The notes under the pieces: generated by a model | The model's input: only the letters and a program-made list of their open reading frames with translations | Database searches by the model: none | What the model was told of the DNA's origin: nothing | Assembly: GCA_963743305.1 (NCBI GenBank) | Contig: CAVUPH010000015.1 | Location: forward strand, 1-64,000 | Reading direction: 5' to 3' | DNA length: 64,000 bases | Origin: an uncultured delta proteobacterium | Lineage (GTDB): Bacteria > Desulfobacterota > RBG-13-43-22 | Part shown: piece by piece, positions 1-9,962 of the stretch | Layout: each line of letters opens with the position of its first letter | Numbering within the stretch: the first letter of the stretch is position 1 | Position numbers and translations under genes: made by a program

Positions 1-410
1 AATGGACCGGAAACCACCTGCCAGCCCAGCTTCCGGTAGAAGGGTGTCAGGGTCGGATCGCAGACCAGCAAGCCGAACGGCACTGCCAGTTCATCACGTA
101 AAAAGCAAGCCGCCTGTTCCATTGCAGCCGTCGCAACGCCGCGTTTGCGCCATTCCTTCAAGGTGACCACTCCGCCGATCCCGCCCAATCGCAGCTCCTT
201 ACCACCGACGGAGGCGGTGCGCTCTGTGATATCTACATGACCGACCAGCAGGTCGCCTTCCCAGGCCAGCACGTGCCAGTCGGCGATCGCCCAGGCGTAT
301 TCATCGGCATAAGTTCCGAACTCCCGGTACAACCAGACAAGAAGCTGCTGGCGTAGTTTCTCATCTATATCTACGCTGTGGATGATTTCAAGTTTGCCGT
401 GCTTAATCAA
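1..410 (-). CDS. GNAT-family acetyltransferase domain, runs off the window edge; in frame with the upstream transporter C-terminus
   Basis: Manual translation: DWHVLAWEGDLLVGHV...LGGIGGVVTLKEWRKRGVATAAM...FGLLVCDPTLTPFYRKLGW, giving GNAT motif A (RxxGxA) and the FYxxxGW motif. Not in the ORF track. Confidence 0.8.
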   Translation of the reverse strand, partial: MIKHGKLEIIHSVDIDEKLRQQLLVWLYREFGTYADEYAWAIADWHVLAWEGDLLVGHVDITERTASVGGKELRLGGIGGVVTLKEWRKRGVATAAMEQAACFLRDELAVPFGLLVCDPTLTPFYRKLGWQVVSGP

Positions 411-1420
411 CCCGTGCAGAACATCCACCAATAGCTGCGCCAGCAATATTTTAAACATCAACGCCACCGGGTAGGCGCTGGCGTACGACAGAGTGGGCAG
501 GTCCGATTCGGTTTGCGAGTTCGCCGCGACCAAACCCGGAGGGTTGGTCATGCCGGCACTCAAGGCGCCCATAGTAGCCAGCAGGTTCATCCGGTAGCCC
601 AGTTGCATCATCAGCAAGCCTGCCAGCAGCGAGCAGATGGTAATGACAGCACCCCCAACCAGCAAGCTGATGCCTTGTTGCCCCAGGATCTCGACGAAAT
701 TCGAGCCAGCGCTGACGCCCGCTCCAGCAGGAAAAGCATCAGACCCAGCTCACGGCTCAGGTTCTTGGCTGCCATAGGCACATACAGCCGCAGCGGGCCA
801 AGCCCCCCAAAATGCCCGACGATCAGGCTGACCAGAAAGGCGCCGCCGGCCGTACCCAATTTCACCTGCACGCCGCTCGCCAGGTTGATCGGAATAACTC
901 CCACCCCGATCCCCAATAACAAACCTGCCAAGAAGGGCAGCATATTGGTCTCTTCGACCCAGCGGGCTACCGTGTACCAGACCAACGAAGGTCTCCGCAG
1001 CCTCTTTATCGCCTACTACTCGGATATTGTCGCCCATTTCCAGCGTCACATTACCGGTCGGCAGGCCGATTTCCAGTCCCTGGCGGCGGATGCGGGTGAT
1101 CACCACGGTATAGCGTTCCCACACTCGCATTTCCGCCAGCCTTCTACCCGTCAACAATTCAGCGGTCACGTCCACGTCCAGCGGCTCGACGCGTCCGCGT
1201 TGACATCCATGCGCTGGGTGGAGAGTCTTTCCCTAGCAGGAACTGCATCTTCTCCAGCTCTTCCGGCGTTCCCACCACCATCACCACATCACCCAAGTAC
1301 AAGGTGCGCCCGGGTGAAGCTGCAAAGACCTGGTCGCCATGCTTGATCCGCGAGATATTCGCCAGGCTCATGCGGCGTGGATTGACCTCGCTGACCTTTC
1401 TGCCATCACAGTTCGGGTTG
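411..1420 (-). pseudogene. AspT/YidE/YbjL-family transporter with TrkA_C domains, 5'-truncated and multiply frameshifted
   Basis: Fragments in three frames: TrkA_C-like VITRIRRQG...GDNIRVVG; LGTAGGAFLVSLIVGHFG; RELGLMLFL; C-terminal GMTNPPGL...YASAYPVAL. Frameshifts may be assembly errors. Confidence 0.8.
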
Positions 1421-2509
1421 GCCCTTTAGTGACCACCCATTCCGTTCCGTTCAAACCTTCATCAACGACTCGCCGATGATCTATCTGGTCCCCGATTCGG
1501 ACTCCAGCCCTTTTCACCCGCTGGCCCTCTTCGACAACCAGCACATAAGACCCCCCCTGGTCATATCCGATGGCCTCCTGAGGAACCAGGAATGCGGACT
1601 TTATCCTGATGGGAATCCGCACTCGGGCAAAGAGACCCGGCTGGATCCTCCCGTCCCGATTGGGGAAGACCCCCCGCAAGAGCAGTGTGCCGGTGGACGG
1701 GGTAAGGCTGACAGCGGCGAAATCCAACGTGCCCTGGTGAGGATACCCGTCTTCCTGGGGCAGGCCCAGTCGGATCGGCCATTTTTTTTCCTTGCCCGGT
1801 CCGGGAAGGCCCCGGCGGCTGTCCAGCAGACGGGCCAGGTCCTGATCGCTGATCGTAAAATAAACGTAGATGGGGTCGAGTTGGCTGACTTCAGCCAGGA
1901 CCGTACTACTTCCCGAGCCCACCAGGTTGCCGGGATCCTGAAGCCGGCGGTCAATCCGGCCGTCAAAGGGAGCCAGAACCTCGGTATAGTCCAAATCGAG
2001 CCGGGCCAGATCCCTCTGGGCCTGGGCGATTTTCATATTAGCCTGGGCCGAATCCCGTTGATTGCGCCAGTTGTCCACATCCGTGGGGGAGGCGGCCTTG
2101 TGGGTCACCAGGTTGGTGTAGCGGTCCAGTTCCGTCCGGGCGTACTCCAGTTGAGACCGAAACAAGGAAATCTGCCCTTCGGACTGCCGGAGTTTAGCTT
2201 CATAGGGACTTTTTTGGATACGAAACAGCACCTGCCCTTTTTTAACCTGCTGGCCGTCCTGAAAGAGGACCTGTTCGAGAAGCCCCTCGACCCGTGCCCG
2301 CAACTGGACCGTTTTAACGGCCTGGGTATTCCCGCTCGCTTCCAGGGTCTCGGTTACCTGTTGCCGTTCCGGCCGGGAGACCGTAACCCGGGGGGAGGGG
2401 GAGACCCCGGACGGGGCTTCTCTCCACAGGCCCCCAGAAGAATAATCAGCAACAGTCCGCTCCAGACCCTCGGGCCCAGCCCCCGGCCATGCTTATTTTT
2501 CCCGGTCAT
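1421..2509 (-). CDS. RND efflux membrane fusion protein (AcrA/MexA-like lipoprotein), frameshifted in a poly-C run near 2391-2400 and 3'-truncated near 1420
   Basis: ATG at 2509 gives a lipoprotein signal (LLIILLGAC). ORF 1368..2303 has RARVEG, VKKGQVLF, APFDGRI, PGNLV and GLFARV; similarity ends at EWVVTKG. Confidence 0.85.
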
Positions 2510-2649
2510 GTCGTCTCTCCGCATCACTCGGCCTTCGAGAGTTTCCCCATGATTATTTTAACTTCTTACTAGAATTCGATCTGAAAACCTAGCTCAACCG
2601 GCTAAACAACGCCTTCAAGTTGAAAATTAATCTATCTTTCGATAGGAAT

Positions 2650-4236
2650 TTACCAGTCGGGAGGAAGAAACAGGGATCCTGACTTTCCCTCCGGGATCGG
2701 TGGATTATAAACGGTCGGGGCCAACAGGCCCCCCCAGTCGGTTCTTCGGGCCATCTTTTCCCGGAGGGCCGGGGGGATCAACTCCTGATCCGGCCGGCCC
2801 TCCCATCCGCCGCCCAGGGATCGGTAGACCCCCACCAGGCTGATGGAGATGTTGCCCAGGGTGGCGGTCAGATTATCCTGGACATTCAGAAGGGCTTGTT
2901 CCGAGGCCAGGACCGAGGTGAAGTCCTTGGTACCCTCCCGATACTGGAGGATGGCCAGATCGAGGGACTTCCGGGCGGCCGCCGTGCTTTCGGCCAGGAA
3001 AGCGGCCCGGTCCTGAGATCGCAAGAAGGCGATCAGCCCGTCCTCCACCTCCTGCTGGGCCTTGAGAACGGCGTTTTGATAAGCCGTGAGCAGTTGTTCC
3101 AACCGGGCATCCTGAACTCGGATGTTATTTTTGATGCGCCCGTAATTGAAGAGGTTCCATTGGAATGCCGGTCCGATCTGTCCGGTACGGCTGCCCCAAT
3201 GGAACAGGTTACTCAGGTTGGCGGCTCCCACATCACTGCTGAGAAAGCCGAAAAAGCCATTCAACGAAAAGGCCGGAAAGAGGTCGGCCCGGGCCACCCC
3301 GACGCGGGCGCTCTGGGCTTCCGCCAGATATTGAGCGCTGCGGATATCCGGCCGCCGGCGAAGGAGATCGGTGGGGATGCCTATCGCCACCTCCGGGGGA
3401 GAGACCGGGATCTTCCCGGCGCCCTCCGACATTTCGGACAGGGGGCCGGGAGGGAGCCCCAACAGCAGGCTAAGGGCATTCCGGGCCTGGCGCTCCTGGA
3501 TTTCCAGGGTCGGGATCGAGGCCAGGGTTGTCTTCCATAGGGTTTGAGCCTGTTCCACGTCCAGTTGGGTCGCCGTACCATACCGCACCCGGGACTCGGC
3601 GATCTGAACGACTTCCCGTTGGGCCTCGGCATTCCGGCGGGCCAGATCGATCCGCTTTTCCAGGGTCCGGATCAGGATATAGGAGCTGGCTACGTCCCCG
3701 GTCAGGCTGACCATAACCTGATCGTAGTCGGCGGCCGAGGCCTGCCAGTCGGCCTGGGCCGATTCCACCGCCCGTTGGAATTTCCCCCAAAAGTCCAATT
3801 CCCAGCCGGCGGACAAACCGATCTCCGCCTGCCGAAAATCCAGGCTGCTGCCGAGAGCCGCTTGGGGGGCGTTTTCGCTGGTTCGATTGTATTGCCAGGA
3901 TCCCTGGACCTGTTGGACTTGGGGATAGAGCCCGCCCACGGCGATACCCAGCCGGGCCCGGGCCTCCAGCACCCGCAGGCCGGCGATGCGGAGCGGCAGG
4001 TTCTCGGCGTAGGATCGAGCGATGAGCCGGTCCAGGATCGGGTCCTGGAATACCCGCCACCAGGCGCGGAAGTCCGGGGTCTGATTCAGTACCCGCGGAT
4101 CGCCTGACTCAGACCAGGCGGGCGCTAGCGAGGCCCGAGGCTGGTGGAAATCCGGCCCTACCAGGGTGCAACCGAAAAAGAACAAAAGGGGGAAGCCCGT
4201 CAGCAGAGCGAGGATGTTGTCTCGGAAAAAGCTCAT
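2650..4236 (-). CDS. Outer-membrane efflux lipoprotein, NodT/OprM (TolC) family
   Basis: Lipobox FFGC-TLVGPDF, WELDFWGK, LLRRRPDIRSA, ADLFPAFSL, YRSLGGGW. Confidence 0.93.
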   Translation of the reverse strand: MSFFRDNILALLTGFPLLFFFGCTLVGPDFHQPRASLAPAWSESGDPRVLNQTPDFRAWWRVFQDPILDRLIARSYAENLPLRIAGLRVLEARARLGIAVGGLYPQVQQVQGSWQYNRTSENAPQAALGSSLDFRQAEIGLSAGWELDFWGKFQRAVESAQADWQASAADYDQVMVSLTGDVASSYILIRTLEKRIDLARRNAEAQREVVQIAESRVRYGTATQLDVEQAQTLWKTTLASIPTLEIQERQARNALSLLLGLPPGPLSEMSEGAGKIPVSPPEVAIGIPTDLLRRRPDIRSAQYLAEAQSARVGVARADLFPAFSLNGFFGFLSSDVGAANLSNLFHWGSRTGQIGPAFQWNLFNYGRIKNNIRVQDARLEQLLTAYQNAVLKAQQEVEDGLIAFLRSQDRAAFLAESTAAARKSLDLAILQYREGTKDFTSVLASEQALLNVQDNLTATLGNISISLVGVYRSLGGGWEGRPDQELIPPALREKMARRTDWGGLLAPTVYNPPIPEGKSGSLFLPPDW

Positions 4237-4499
4237 CGGTTATTGCTTTCAGAGGTTAAGGCGTGCAGGTATCTCCCGGCCATAGAGTTCTTAGGGGCGT
4301 TTAGATTCCTTTCAGGATTCGTCAGATTACCAGAGTACGGCAGGGATATTATATAGCGGAAAACCATTATTTTTGGAATGGAAACCCATTATTTTTAGTG
4401 GTAGGGGACCTCGGACCCGAAAAAGCGTCGACTTAGAGGAAAATAACGCAGGAGGAGCGGAGCCATTTCGACGTTGCCTGCCGTTCAGGACCGCCGCCC

Positions 4500-5045
4500 T
4501 TACCGGACCGCCGCGGGAGCTCTTCGTACACGCTCAAGTTCACTCTCGGCGGTAAACAGGTCATCGCGCAGCGATTCGCGGCGACGGTCAAGGTCGCGTA
4601 TCTCACTGCGCAACTCGTTGCGCCGCGAATCGGAGGTTTTCTTTTCGCGCAGTTCGGATTCCTTGCGCGAGACCTCGTCCAGATTGTTGCTGATGCGCCG
4701 CTTCAGCGAATTGATTTCGTAAGCGGCCTGGTAGAGGCCCTTGAACCTAGCGTCACAGACCTCCGCGTAGGAATGGCCCGCCAGGCCCTCCCGTACGGCG
4801 TTCTCAGGTTGGCAATAGGCGGCGAGTCCTATCTGGCGTCCCTGTAAATAGCGCTTTTCGTCCGGGACGACCTTCACGCCGGCGCAGGCGTCACGGTGCC
4901 GAACGAGTCGATCCACCGCGTAGCCGGTCCGGCCGTCCTTGATCCCTAACTCGTACCAGTCGACCTTCTCGCACTGGTCCTCCGGAATCGTGGCGCAACC
5001 GACCAACAACCCAACATACACCCCCAGCACGACGAGATAACGCAT
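4500..5045 (-). CDS. DUF2799 (YfiL-like) lipoprotein with C-terminal coiled coil
   Basis: Start MRYLVV after GGAGAGG; lipobox LVGC; C..DWYELG.KDG..G and Y..GR..GL..YC motifs. Confidence 0.8.
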   Translation of the reverse strand: MRYLVVLGVYVGLLVGCATIPEDQCEKVDWYELGIKDGRTGYAVDRLVRHRDACAGVKVVPDEKRYLQGRQIGLAAYCQPENAVREGLAGHSYAEVCDARFKGLYQAAYEINSLKRRISNNLDEVSRKESELREKKTSDSRRNELRSEIRDLDRRRESLRDDLFTAESELERVRRAPAAVR

Positions 5046-5103
5046 GGCCTCTCCCCTTCTCTTTTTTGATCTGTGGGCTTTGAAAACGCTTGGGATCTGG
5101 GGA

Positions 5104-5132
5104 AGTATAGGCAAAACGGGGTGGTCTGTCAA
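5104..5132 (-). promoter_or_regulatory. Sigma70 promoter for the DUF2799 gene
   Basis: TTGACA-17 bp-TATACT on the minus strand. Confidence 0.75.
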
Positions 5133-5156
5133 TGCGCTATCGATCTCAAAAACTCA

Positions 5157-5282
5157 GTATCAGGCGTATAAAGCAAGGCGGATTGATCCCCCCAAGACCC
5201 CTTCGGGGCTTGCGCCCGTACCGTCTCGAACCGCCAGGACTCTACTCGCCTTCCACTTGGCGTTTAAACCGCCATCTGATAA
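5157..5282. repeat. Imperfect inverted-repeat element with an internal hairpin
   Basis: TATCAGGCGTATAAAGCAAGGCG ... CGCCTTCCACTTGGCGTTTAAACCGCCATCTGATA flanking a CCCC-TTCG-GGG hairpin. Confidence 0.45.
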
Positions 5283-5297
5283 TTTAGCTAGTGCTCT

Positions 5298-5524
5298 TCA
5301 GCGTTTCTTTCCGATCGCCAACGCTTTTCCAATAAATTCCCCGATACCATGATACTGTTGTATTTCCGGGCTGAAGACCAGTGGACGAATCTTCTCGATA
5401 TCGGGTTTTCCATCATCCTGCAGCATACTTTCATCACGTTTGGATTCCCGTTGGCATCGTACGATCCCACGCACCAGACCGGCGCGGGAAAGATGAGCGT
5501 TTTGGCGCCAAATGATTTTTTCAT
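5298..5524 (-). pseudogene. Flavin reductase/flavoredoxin-family gene with a large internal deletion
   Basis: N-terminus [31 protein letters not shown] is joined out of frame near 5431 to C-terminus [20 protein letters not shown]...[15 protein letters not shown]. Confidence 0.8.
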
Positions 5525-5600
5525 GGGATTCGATCCTTTCATTTTATCTTTTCCCTACCCTGCGGCCGCGCAGCGGTGGACTTTCTCCGGGGCGGCCTGT

Positions 5601-6122
5601 TTATTTAGGTTTGGCCCGTTGGTATTGAGGAGGCCAGGGGATATCCACCTTAAGCGTCTGGGCAGCCTGGAGCGACCAATAAGGATCCCGCAACAGTTCT
5701 CGGGCGATAAGTATCGCATCGGCCTGACCGGTGGATAGAATCTGTTCGGCTTGGACGGGGTGGGTGATTAAACCCACCGCTCCGGTGGCTATCCCAACCT
5801 TAGAACGGATCTCCGCGGAGAAGGGGGTCTGATATCCGGGCCCGACGGGTATTTTGGCCGAGGGCACCAGACCACCGCTGGAGCAGTCAATCAGATCAAC
5901 TCCGATCTCCTTGAGCCGGTAGCCAAGCTCCAGCGATTGAGACAAATCCCAGCCTCCTTTGACCCAGTCGGTGCAGGAGATCCGGACCAAGAGAGGAAAT
6001 TCTGCCGGCCAGCTTTCCCGAACGGCCCGTACAACCTGCAAGGGAAAACGCATTCGGTTTTGAAGATTGCCTCCGTATTCATCCGTCCTGCGGTTGGACA
6101 GGGGGGAAAGAAACTCATGAGG
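5601..6122 (-). pseudogene. NADH:flavin oxidoreductase (old yellow enzyme, YqjM/NamA-like), C-terminal half only
   Basis: [44 protein letters not shown]; upstream sequence is not OYE-like. Confidence 0.85.
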
Positions 6123-6216
6123 ATTATAGAATGAGATGGGGGAACGGCGCAAGGACGAAAAGGTAAAGAGTTTTAGGTTGGGGTGAAGGTCACAGGTTCT
6201 TCAACCGGCGAAATTT

Positions 6217-7689
6217 TTAGAAGCCGAGCGCCTTTTCGAGGTTGCGGATCAGCTCCCGGGGAGTAGGTTCCATCCAGCGCTGCCCCAGAACCAGAAAAAA
6301 AATATAAAAACAAAGGATGCCCAGCGCCGAAAAGATGAGACCGGCCAGCGAGCTGATTTGGGGAAGCGCACCCCGAATTCCGGTTATCAGCCAGACCGAA
6401 AAGAGGCAGGCCAAGGTCGGGATCAGTACCTGGCGAAATACCGCAGACCAGGGTAGAGAAAGCAAGCGCCCGATAATTCCGTAACGGACCAATTGCATGA
6501 ATACGCCAATCACGGCCATTAATATCGCTACCCCCCGCGCGCCTTGCCAGTAGGTCAGGGGAATGACTCCCGCGCCGAAAAGAACGGCCATCACTAAAAC
6601 CGTCTGAACCCAGAGCTTCAGCCGGCCCAGAGCTTGAAAAAGGCCTCCCAAAAAACCGGCGAATAGGGAGCAGACCCCCCAGATCGCCAGCCAGGGGACC
6701 AGCGGTAGAGCAGCCAGCCACTGATTTCCCAGCACGAGCGGGTAAAAATCGAAAGCGCAAACACAAACCAGACCCGCCATGCCCAAAGTGATCACGGAAA
6801 TCAAGCCGAAGGATTGCCGAAAGGCTTTTTCCAGACGGTCCCGATCCCGCTGGAGGTGGCTAAATACCGGAAAGGCCAGTTGGGCGACGACTCCACCGAT
6901 TTCGGTGGTGACCAGCGTACAGATCAAAAAGGTCATCTGGTAAAGGGCCAAGGCCTTAACATCCAGGAGACGTCCGATTACCCAGTCTCCCCCTCTCATA
7001 AAAATGTAGGCGACAAGGCAATTGATAAATATCAAGAAACCAAAGCGGCGAAGGTCCTTTAGCGGCCGCCAATCAAAGGAAAGTCCCAGACTGCCGGGTT
7101 CCGAGAAAAGATGCGCGCCCAGGGTAGTGACCGCCGCCCCGCTGAGCCCGGCCAGCACTAGAGCCCAGGCATCCGGACGAAGATAGGCCATAGCCAGGCC
7201 CACACCCAGACTGATCAGGGATCCCCCGGTCTGCAGGGCCACGACCGGAGCGAACCTAAGATCTTTCCGGGCCAGGGTTTCAAAAAGAGGTTCAAACCCC
7301 TTAATGACCGGGAGCAGCGCCATCACCCGAAGAATGGCCAGCGATTGAGGACTGTCAAAAAAGGCGGCCAGCCACGGCGCGCCCAGGAATACGATTCCTC
7401 CCAGCAGTAAACCGCGGACGATCTGAAGCGTTCGAACCGGCAAAAGATAGGCCGAGAGGTCACCCGAGCGTTGAATCAGGGCCGACCGGAGACCCGTCTC
7501 CGAAAATTGATCCAGGGCCGTCAGGGCCAGGGTGGCCACGGCATAAACACCCATTTCATCCGGACCAAGCCAGCGGGCGATGGTCAGCATCCGCGCCAGA
7601 TCGAACCCGCGGGTCAAAAGGCGCGCGGCCGTCAGGGACAGCCCCCCGCGGAGGAGGCGCCCGGAAAGATCTGGGACGATGGCGTTCAA
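6217..7689 (-). CDS. Wzx/WzxC-type polysaccharide flippase (MOP superfamily)
   Basis: ARWLGPDEMGVYA, GLRSALIQ, FPVFSHLQ and many transmembrane segments. Confidence 0.88.
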   Translation of the reverse strand: MNAIVPDLSGRLLRGGLSLTAARLLTRGFDLARMLTIARWLGPDEMGVYAVATLALTALDQFSETGLRSALIQRSGDLSAYLLPVRTLQIVRGLLLGGIVFLGAPWLAAFFDSPQSLAILRVMALLPVIKGFEPLFETLARKDLRFAPVVALQTGGSLISLGVGLAMAYLRPDAWALVLAGLSGAAVTTLGAHLFSEPGSLGLSFDWRPLKDLRRFGFLIFINCLVAYIFMRGGDWVIGRLLDVKALALYQMTFLICTLVTTEIGGVVAQLAFPVFSHLQRDRDRLEKAFRQSFGLISVITLGMAGLVCVCAFDFYPLVLGNQWLAALPLVPWLAIWGVCSLFAGFLGGLFQALGRLKLWVQTVLVMAVLFGAGVIPLTYWQGARGVAILMAVIGVFMQLVRYGIIGRLLSLPWSAVFRQVLIPTLACLFSVWLITGIRGALPQISSLAGLIFSALGILCFYIFFLVLGQRWMEPTPRELIRNLEKALGF

Positions 7690-7719
7690 AACATTATTCG
7701 TTGAGGCCGAGAGCTCTTT

Positions 7720-8673
7720 TTATTCCAATTTTTTTAGACTTAAGGATTCCACCGGAAAGCCGCTGTCCAGCCAGGCCTGCAGGCCGCCGGCCAACACGCG
7801 AACCTTTTCTATTCCCCGCCGTTTCATCAATTGCGCCACCCGGGCGCTGGAAGCTTCGTTGGGTCAGGAGCAATATAAAATAACCTCCCGGTCCAGAGGG
7901 ATCCGCTGGATATGGTGGCGCACGCCATTCAACGGCAGATGAAAAGCACCGGGGAGGTGTTCCGGTTTCGTTAGGAGGTCCAGGTCCGTTCGAACATCCA
8001 GGATCAGCGGACGGTCTTCGTTTTCCAATTTTTCCTTGACCTCCTCCGCTGAAATGCGCAACAGTAGAAATTGCCTCATGAGCCATTGTCGTTGCCAGAG
8101 TTTCCAGATAATGGTCCCCGCCAGTCCGCCCAGGAGGAGGACCCCGACGCCATTCCCCAATCTCAGGAATTGATTGGCCATCCATTCCAGTTGATCGCTG
8201 AATTCATATCCCAATCCCACCAGGACGATTACCCAGAGGATGATTCCCAGGGTATCCCAGAATATAAACCGCTGGAGCCGCATCCGAAAAATCCCGGCCA
8301 AGGGAGGGGTGATAATGTTGACCCCGGGCAGGAATTTGGCCACCAGGAGTGACCGGACCCCTTGTCGAGAAAAAATATCCTTGGCCCGGCCGACACAGGT
8401 GTCGGGGCTTAGGGACATTCGGCAAAGAAAAGGGATGACCTTCTCTCCCCGCCACTTTCCCAGGGAATACCAACTCAAATCGGCGATCAGCGCGGCGGTC
8501 CAGATCACCAGGAAAATCGGCAGGATTTCCAAGCTTCCGTAACCGACCAGGGCCCCGGCAGCCAGCAAAATAGGCGCAGACGGGATGGGGAGACCAAATT
8601 GCTCCAAAAGCACCCAAAAAAATAGCACCGCGTACCCGTGCTGAACAAAAAAAGATAGAAGTACTTTCACCAT
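7720..8673 (-). CDS. DedA/VTT-rhodanese fusion selenoprotein (UGA read as Sec at 7864-7866)
   Basis: DedA motifs (EQFGLPIP, AKFLPG) then a rhodanese domain (ILDVR, HLPGA, VILYCS-UGA-PNEASSARVA...VLAGGLQAW...FPVE). The frame stays open to TAA at 7720-7722. Confidence 0.88.
7833..7847 (-). promoter_or_regulatory. Candidate bacterial SECIS hairpin
   Basis: GCGCC-CGGGU-GGCGC stem-loop with a G-rich loop, starting 16 nt after the UGA. Confidence 0.6.
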
Positions 8674-8852
8674 AAAAAGACACACCCGGCAAAATAGTTA
8701 CCCGACAGTATAGAAGAATCATTTTGTTTTGGGTAAGAAATTTTCAAACGGAGGATCTAATCCCCTCATCCATTTTAATCAGTAGATCTTTTGTCGCCAT
8801 TAAGGTATATAAAGACTAAATTTCAAACCTAGAAAATTAAAAGAGGTGCCTT

Positions 8853-9815
8853 ATGCGGTATAAAAACACGTCACCGAAACTGTGGGTTCTGGTTTTAATG
8901 AGCGCTTTCATTTTCCTTTGGGCTTCCAGTGAAGTCTTGGCCCGGGCGGGAGGGGGACGGTCCGGAGGATTTCGCGGGAGCCGGTCCTTTTCCGCGCCTC
9001 GGAGCCTAAGCCCGTCCCCACTGAATCCAAGCGCTCCTTCTTCGGGGATGTTCAACCAATCCAATCCGATGGCGCCTTCCACGGGTAGTCCGTTACTGCG
9101 GGGGTTGGCGGGAGGCCTGGCCGGGGGGTTCCTCGGAAGTATGCTCTTTGGCGGCCTGGGTCATGGCGCCATGGGTTCCGGCGGCGGTGGAGGCGGAATC
9201 GGTTTCCTGGAAATCGTGCTCCTGGGGATCGGGGCTTTCCTCTTATTCCGGTTTATCCGCGGTCGTAAAAAGGCCGCCGCTTCCCCGTTCCAGCAGACCA
9301 ATTACGTGCCACCCCCCTATTCCCAGGATCCTAATCCGCCTCAATCCCCCACCGCGGATCAAACGGTCGAAGCCGGAATCGGACATATCCAGTCCATGGA
9401 CGCCCGCTTCAATCCCGCGGATTTCAAAGACTGGGTCCAGGACCTTTTCTTTAAGATCCAGGCGGCCTGGACCAATCAGGACCTGGCCCCCCTGACTCCT
9501 TTTTTAGCTCCGGAGATCCAAGCCATGTTCTCCCAGGACCTGGAAGGTCAAAAATCCCAAGGCCGGATCAATCGTCTGGAAAATATTGCCGTCCGTTCGG
9601 TGGATATCACCGAGGCCTGGCAGGAGGAAGGGAAAGACTTTATCACCATCCTCTTTTACGCCAATTTGCTGGATTACCTGGAAGACAAAAAGACCGGAGC
9701 CGTGGTTTCCGGAAGCAAGACCGAACCGGTCAAATTCCGGGAATACTGGACCTTTGTAAGGCCCGTTGGCGGCCAGGGTAATTGGCAGTTGAGCGCTATC
9801 CAACAGGAAAGTTAA
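8853..9815 (+). CDS. Tim44-domain protein
   Basis: Signal peptide, ARAGGGRSGG, GLAGGLAGGFLGSML, FFKIQAAW, FREYWTF..WQLSAIQQ. Confidence 0.9.
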   Translation: MRYKNTSPKLWVLVLMSAFIFLWASSEVLARAGGGRSGGFRGSRSFSAPRSLSPSPLNPSAPSSGMFNQSNPMAPSTGSPLLRGLAGGLAGGFLGSMLFGGLGHGAMGSGGGGGGIGFLEIVLLGIGAFLLFRFIRGRKKAAASPFQQTNYVPPPYSQDPNPPQSPTADQTVEAGIGHIQSMDARFNPADFKDWVQDLFFKIQAAWTNQDLAPLTPFLAPEIQAMFSQDLEGQKSQGRINRLENIAVRSVDITEAWQEEGKDFITILFYANLLDYLEDKKTGAVVSGSKTEPVKFREYWTFVRPVGGQGNWQLSAIQQES

Positions 9816-9833
9816 ACCAGACGGGAAATTGCT

Positions 9834-9918
9834 CGTCATCCCCGAAGGCCTTTATCGGGGATCCAGTGTTCCTTTGGAAAAACCTGGATTCCCGCTTAGA
9901 AGCGCTGCGGGAATGACG
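9834..9918. repeat. REP-like palindrome (GTCATCCC...GGGATCCAG / CTGGATTCCCGC...GCGGGAATGAC)
   Basis: Nested inverted repeats in the intergenic region; a related copy lies at 40365-40449. Confidence 0.75.
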
Positions 9919-9962
9919 CTTTATTACGCGGGGTCGCTAACCACTTCATAAGAGGCCGGCCA

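Noticed and set aside
513-4107. Long plus-strand ORFs (513..1346, 1476..2552, 2896..3540, 3544..4107)
   Set aside because: Antisense shadows of recognisable minus-strand genes in GC-rich DNA; no motifs.
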